A DNA stretch of 64,000 bases from Candidatus Poribacteria bacterium (GTDB taxonomy: Bacteria > Poribacteria > WGA-4E > WGA-3G). The stretch lies in the NCBI GenBank assembly GCA_965197475.1, contig CBDANF010000003.1:1632001-1696000 (forward strand), written 5' to 3'. Both the position numbers and the translations under genes were made by a program. The notes under the pieces were generated by a model that worked only from the letters and a program-made list of their open reading frames with translations, was not told the origin of the DNA and ran no database searches. Below, in pieces: positions 61,511-64,000 of the stretch (within the stretch, counting starts at the first letter, position 1; every line of letters begins with the position of its first letter).

Positions 61511-62101
61511 TCAAGACTCTGGATGAATTAACTTGTCAAAATAGATTTCAGACCTCTGTGGAATTTTCTTAAAATTCTTAGGGCGGTTATGCAATTTACC
61601 TGTGGAATGGAAAGGTTCAGTTCTTCGTCTGCTCTTGTTAAAGTTAATTTCTACAATGCTTACAAACCTGTACTCATAACTATTGAGGAATGCTTCCGAT
61701 TCCCAGAACGATTTTCCGATACATTTGCAATAACTTATAAAGCAGGATGCGCCTTTTAATTGTTGGACAATTTGCCATGCCTTTTTAGAATCGCTTTCTT
61801 GGGTTTCAATACAAATAATCCACTTTTTCTCATTCTCGTCGTTGGATACAATTACAAAATCAGCTCGCTTACGTTCTCCCTTTGTCCCATTAAAGATAGT
61901 AAGAGGTTCTTCAAAAATTTCCGCTCTGATAACAATGGAGTCATGTGGTACGCCTTTTATCTTTACGGTGGTACCAGATTCTGGATCCGTTAATTCTACA
62001 GAAGGTTTACCCTGTCCAGATTGTAACATAACTTGGACATCATTGTTGAGCATTTCCTGCAGTATTTGTATATCATTCACGAGTCTTACTTTTCTCCCCA
62101 C
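61511..62101 (-). CDS. Hypothetical protein, possible PD-(D/E)XK nuclease
   Basis: RADFVIV...IICIETQ...QL pattern; overlaps the ATPase gene. Confidence 0.55.
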   Translation of the reverse strand: MGRKVRLVNDIQILQEMLNNDVQVMLQSGQGKPSVELTDPESGTTVKIKGVPHDSIVIRAEIFEEPLTIFNGTKGERKRADFVIVSNDENEKKWIICIETQESDSKKAWQIVQQLKGASCFISYCKCIGKSFWESEAFLNSYEYRFVSIVEINFNKSRRRTEPFHSTGKLHNRPKNFKKIPQRSEIYFDKLIHPES

Positions 62102-63468
62102 ACAATATCGTCCTGAATCCTGTTCATGTCATCAATCGTTTTGTCAAAAGTTCGGACTTCAATTCCGAACTTTGGATGAATCTTAGCCGGAACGAGTGTG
62201 TGTGCTTTCTTTCGCCTCTTTTGTCCCTCTTCTAACGGCACTAACGCTTTTTCAGCCACATATAATTTGATCTGATCTGCTTTAATCAACTCGTTGTCCT
62301 GATAACCGTTTTCTTCAGCAATTGCTTTTAGATGTGGTTTGTCGTAGTTAAGCATGATGAGCGTATTCAGCTCCTTGACGATGTAATCGCTATGAGTTGT
62401 GATGAAGACCTTAACCCCCAAATTGACAAGCTGTGCAAAAAGTCTGGCAATGCGGCGTTGATTTTCTGGGTGTAAACTTAATTCGGGTTCGTCTACCATA
62501 AGCAGATCCCCTTTTTCAGCAATGTGCCGCAAATAAAAACTAAGGTCTAATAGTGAACGGACTGCACTTGAACTTTCGACCATAGTCAATTTGGCTTGTG
62601 TGCCTTTTGGGATAAAATAGAGTTGGTCATTTTGTGTAATGGCATATTCACCGCCGACAATATCTGTGAAGTCTTCCAATACTTCCGGATGTTCTTTGGA
62701 GATGAAACTTTTACTCTTCGCGATGTTATCAAGGCGACGCGAATAGTCAACATTGGCTTCTATTGGCAAGGGGTAACTTTGATATCCTTTGGATAGCAAT
62801 TCTCGTAGATCAATCTTTTGGGCATTTCGTTCCATTTCTTTAAGCAGAAGGTTGTGAGCATAATCAAGTTCCTTCCGAAAAATTGAAACCCCGGTACGTT
62901 CAGACGAGAAAATAAAGGTTCTGGGTAAAGAGTCAGAGAAAATATCGTCAGCAATAATAAAATCAATAGCACTTTTTACACTATCAGTATCAATTTTTCT
63001 TTCTCGTTCTTCTCCTATCCCCGAAGCAAGTGTCAGCTCTTCGCTCCCCTTGGACTTTGAAAATATAAGTGACGGGCCTTGGTGAATTTTGATTCTGCTG
63101 TAGAATTCTTTATCTCGTATGTCAATCTCATCTGTCACGAGATGAAATTCGCTATTTTGAAATGCGCCTTCAGACGCTGCAAAAGTTTTATGCAATTGCT
63201 CAGTATATTTCTTACATGCTGCCGTAAACATGTCATCGGTTGCTTGCCCCAATTCAATTTTCACTCGTTCTGTAAGTACCCGTTGGATTTGGGTATTGCT
63301 AATTGGAAGATGGATAAATTCACGCCAAGAACTTAAAAACCCATACAACGCACAAGCTATATAAGTCTTGCCAGTATTATTTTCACCGCAGATGATAGTC
63401 AGATCACCCAGCGAAAATTTTGCCTGTTTTATAATTCCGAGGTTTTTTAAGCGTACTGTAAAGCTCAT
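62086..63468 (-). CDS. ABC-type (AAA_15/AAA_21-like) ATPase
   Basis: Walker A GENNTGKT, signature SSSAVRS, Walker B VDEPELSLHP and H-loop TTHS. Confidence 0.9.
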   Translation of the reverse strand: MSFTVRLKNLGIIKQAKFSLGDLTIICGENNTGKTYIACALYGFLSSWREFIHLPISNTQIQRVLTERVKIELGQATDDMFTAACKKYTEQLHKTFAASEGAFQNSEFHLVTDEIDIRDKEFYSRIKIHQGPSLIFSKSKGSEELTLASGIGEERERKIDTDSVKSAIDFIIADDIFSDSLPRTFIFSSERTGVSIFRKELDYAHNLLLKEMERNAQKIDLRELLSKGYQSYPLPIEANVDYSRRLDNIAKSKSFISKEHPEVLEDFTDIVGGEYAITQNDQLYFIPKGTQAKLTMVESSSAVRSLLDLSFYLRHIAEKGDLLMVDEPELSLHPENQRRIARLFAQLVNLGVKVFITTHSDYIVKELNTLIMLNYDKPHLKAIAEENGYQDNELIKADQIKLYVAEKALVPLEEGQKRRKKAHTLVPAKIHPKFGIEVRTFDKTIDDMNRIQDDIVWGEK

Positions 63469-63554
63469 CCTAACACCTCTACAATCGTCATCGTGTCGTT
63501 GATGTCATGTATCAGAGTAATTTCTGTTGTTCGTAGCAATTCATACCAAATATA

Positions 63555-64000
63555 TCAAAATGGCACACCTGGCCTGGTTAGATCGGAGTTAACAGGCTTC
63601 ACACACCGGAACCCGATGTTGGTATAAATGTTTGTTGAAGGGCTTCCGTTACGATGAGAAACCCGTATTCCACTGGCACTATCTGCCCAAGAACCGCCTC
63701 GACTTACGCGGGCAGTTGTAATATTGTTCGGGGAACTATAAATTATATCTAATATTTCTCCACCTGAAATAGGATTTTCACGTGGAGAATTCGCATAAAA
63801 ATCCGCATCGTATTCATCAATACACCACTCCCACACGTTGCCAGCCATGTCATATAGACCGTAGGCGTTAGGAGAATAATTTCCTATAGGCGCGTTGTGC
63901 TCGTATCCATCATCAACATCCTCATCTGCCCAAGTAATAACTTCTTCTCCCCCTTCAAAATTCTCTACTAAACCGGCTACATGCTTATCCGCATAATTAC
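63555..64000 (-). CDS. FGE-sulfatase/SUMF1 domain protein (C-terminal part; start beyond the window)
   Basis: PNAYGLYDMAGNVWEWC, RGGSW and GFRCV motifs. Confidence 0.85.
   Translation of the reverse strand, partial: NYADKHVAGLVENFEGGEEVITWADEDVDDGYEHNAPIGNYSPNAYGLYDMAGNVWEWCIDEYDADFYANSPRENPISGGEILDIIYSSPNNITTARVSRGGSWADSASGIRVSHRNGSPSTNIYTNIGFRCVKPVNSDLTRPGVPF

Noticed and set aside
444-63336. Numerous short antisense or alternative-frame ORFs in the track
   Set aside because: They overlap well-supported genes and show no motifs, so they are treated as shadow ORFs.

Overview
Bacterial chromosomal window, mostly minus-strand, that looks like Candidatus Poribacteria (sponge symbiont). This assignment is an inference from the repeated C-terminal (V)xPxxKLTTxWGxxK motif, several FGE/SUMF1-fold proteins, Uma2 nucleases, phytanoyl-CoA dioxygenases and a TPR-protease. 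The housekeeping backbone is a complex I cluster (nuoABCDEFGH-JKLMN, no nuoI) spread over about 23 kb by 13 co-oriented inserted genes, then pdxH, trkAH, gcvT/H/P, lptE-like, pnp and rpsO. Accessory content includes an ECF sigma/anti-sigma/DUF4252/beta-barrel operon, HicAB, a MazF-type toxin split by two tandem MITEs, an orphan adenine methyltransferase, an ABC-ATPase plus nuclease pair and many MITE/REP-like repeats. The most notable observation is a tandem pair of secreted discoidin (F5/8C)-like proteins. One copy has an in-frame TGA (32251-32253) exactly where its paralog has Cys, followed by a bacterial SECIS-like hairpin that is weakened in the Cys copy. It is therefore a candidate secreted Cys-Sec selenoprotein. 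Several 1-bp frameshifts between 52 and 61.5 kb may be sequencing errors. No rRNA, tRNA or CRISPR array was seen.
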